The position numbers were made by a program, and so were the translations under genes. From contig JACRNJ010000032.1 in assembly GCA_016219285.1 (NCBI GenBank), positions 21,721-85,720 of the forward strand: DNA of 64,000 bases, given 5' to 3'. Origin of the DNA: Deltaproteobacteria bacterium (GTDB lineage Bacteria; Desulfobacterota; GWC2-55-46; UBA9637). Of this stretch, positions 63,210-64,000 are shown piece by piece (positions within the stretch are counted from its first letter, which is position 1; each line of letters opens with the position of its first letter). The notes under the pieces were generated by a model. It saw nothing but the letters and a program-made list of their open reading frames with translations. It made no database searches and was not told where the DNA came from.

Positions 63210-64000
63210 TTAGTTTATGCTCTGAATAGAAAAGGTCATGTTCTTCTTCAAAACGGATTTTACTTCCTTCTAAATATGGTTCGTTTATTTCTATTGCTAT
63301 CCATTTCCGATTAAGCAACTCAGCGACATAGCCAGTCGTATTGCTACCGGCAAAAGGGTCAAGGACTAAATCCCCCCTGTTTGTTGTGAACTTGATAAAG
63401 AAGTCCGCAAAGTCCTTCGGAAATCTTGCGGGGTGTGATTTTATTTCTAATTCTTTACAACGCCTCATATATTGGCTGTTGCTCTCAGTGTTTGCAAGTC
63501 CCAAAAGGTTTGGTGGAATTGCCCCGCCATTATCCGTTTTAAATTTTTCAGAAATGTCGTGCCCGCTTGGACGCATTTGTGCTTTGTAGCCATTTTTCAA
63601 AAGAGCTTTCATGCTGTCGCTGTATGGCTTCAAAACTTTTCTGTTGTCCGATTTTGGATATTCCGATTTTGAAAGCCACCAAACAACATTAACACTGTCC
63701 TTAACTCTTATTCTGCGAACTGTTACCCACTCGGCGGGTGTTGGTAGCCGTGCAGGGTTGTAATGAAAAAACTCTTGTGCAAGAAAAAAGTTTTGCTCTC
63801 GGCAAAGTCGCACAAGTAATTCATATTGATAAATGCTTCTTACAGGATGTCCAGGTAAATATGCACCCCCTAAGTCAATTACAAGTGAGCCATCATTTTT
63901 AAGCAGACGATGAAACTCTTTTGAGAACTGTAAAAACCAGCCAATGTAATGTTCTTCCAGTTTGTTGCCGTATTCCTTTTGTCGTGTCAGTGCAAAAGGT
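63187..64000 (-). CDS. DNA methyltransferase, N4/N6 beta-class (5' end beyond window)
   Basis: C-terminal motif I DPFAGSNTT preceded by the HPARFP (HPtxKP-like) motif. The reading frame stays open to position 64000 (…KNDGSLVIDLGG…), so the N-terminus with the DPPY motif lies outside the window. Confidence 0.8.
   Translation of the reverse strand, partial: PFALTRQKEYGNKLEEHYIGWFLQFSKEFHRLLKNDGSLVIDLGGAYLPGHPVRSIYQYELLVRLCREQNFFLAQEFFHYNPARLPTPAEWVTVRRIRVKDSVNVVWWLSKSEYPKSDNRKVLKPYSDSMKALLKNGYKAQMRPSGHDISEKFKTDNGGAIPPNLLGLANTESNSQYMRRCKELEIKSHPARFPKDFADFFIKFTTNRGDLVLDPFAGSNTTGYVAELLNRKWIAIEINEPYLEGSKIRFEEEHDLFYSEHKLNDKAQKV

Overview
This is a 64 kb bacterial chromosomal segment of about 43% GC, gene-dense on both strands and dominated by housekeeping genes. 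The core content is tmk-holB-yaaT-metG-tatD in the order seen in Bacillus, an iscR-iscS-iscU-mnmA-mtaB-rnc run, moaD-moaE-mogA, modABC, gpsA, gyrA, rarA, glnE, tsaD, ksgA/rsmA, miaB and queE. It also holds a FrdB/SdhB-like Fe-S subunit next to an HdrB-like CCG protein, two two-component systems, and a two-subunit cytoplasmic [NiFe] hydrogenase. Selfish and repetitive DNA is unusually abundant.

Four repeat classes stand out:
- A MITE-like palindromic family (gtagtttgcccatttatgggcg ... cgccgataaatcggcaactac) with at least 8 copies, some nested.
- A REPIN-like doublet family (gggtgggcNNtgcccacc x2) with 3 copies, plus a REP-associated tyrosine transposase (RAYT) gene flanked by hairpin inverted repeats.
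- Long structured palindromes that flank the CCG gene in inverted orientation.
- Heptamer-type tandem repeats in almost every intergenic gap.

Most notably, these elements sit in frame inside conserved genes. tsaD carries two tandem-repeat inserts, ksgA carries a whole REPIN-like doublet, and glnE, the sdhB-like gene and a TatD-radical SAM fusion each carry an insert. They also supply the start codon or signal-peptide N-terminus of three secreted proteins. This resembles the Rickettsia palindromic-element phenomenon.

The hydrogenase small and large subunit genes are separated by a 2.3 kb selfish insert: a vapBC pair whose vapC is split by the RAYT element, plus hicBA. They are followed on the same strand by a CheY-like regulator and a histidine kinase. 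A second toxin-antitoxin islet (hicAB, a methylase-tail remnant, phd-relE) is bracketed by about 40 bp direct repeats. A type II restriction-modification pair (HNH endonuclease plus a beta-class methyltransferase, 5' truncated by the window edge) sits at the right end. There is also a decayed pyruvate kinase remnant. No rRNA, tRNA or CRISPR array was found.
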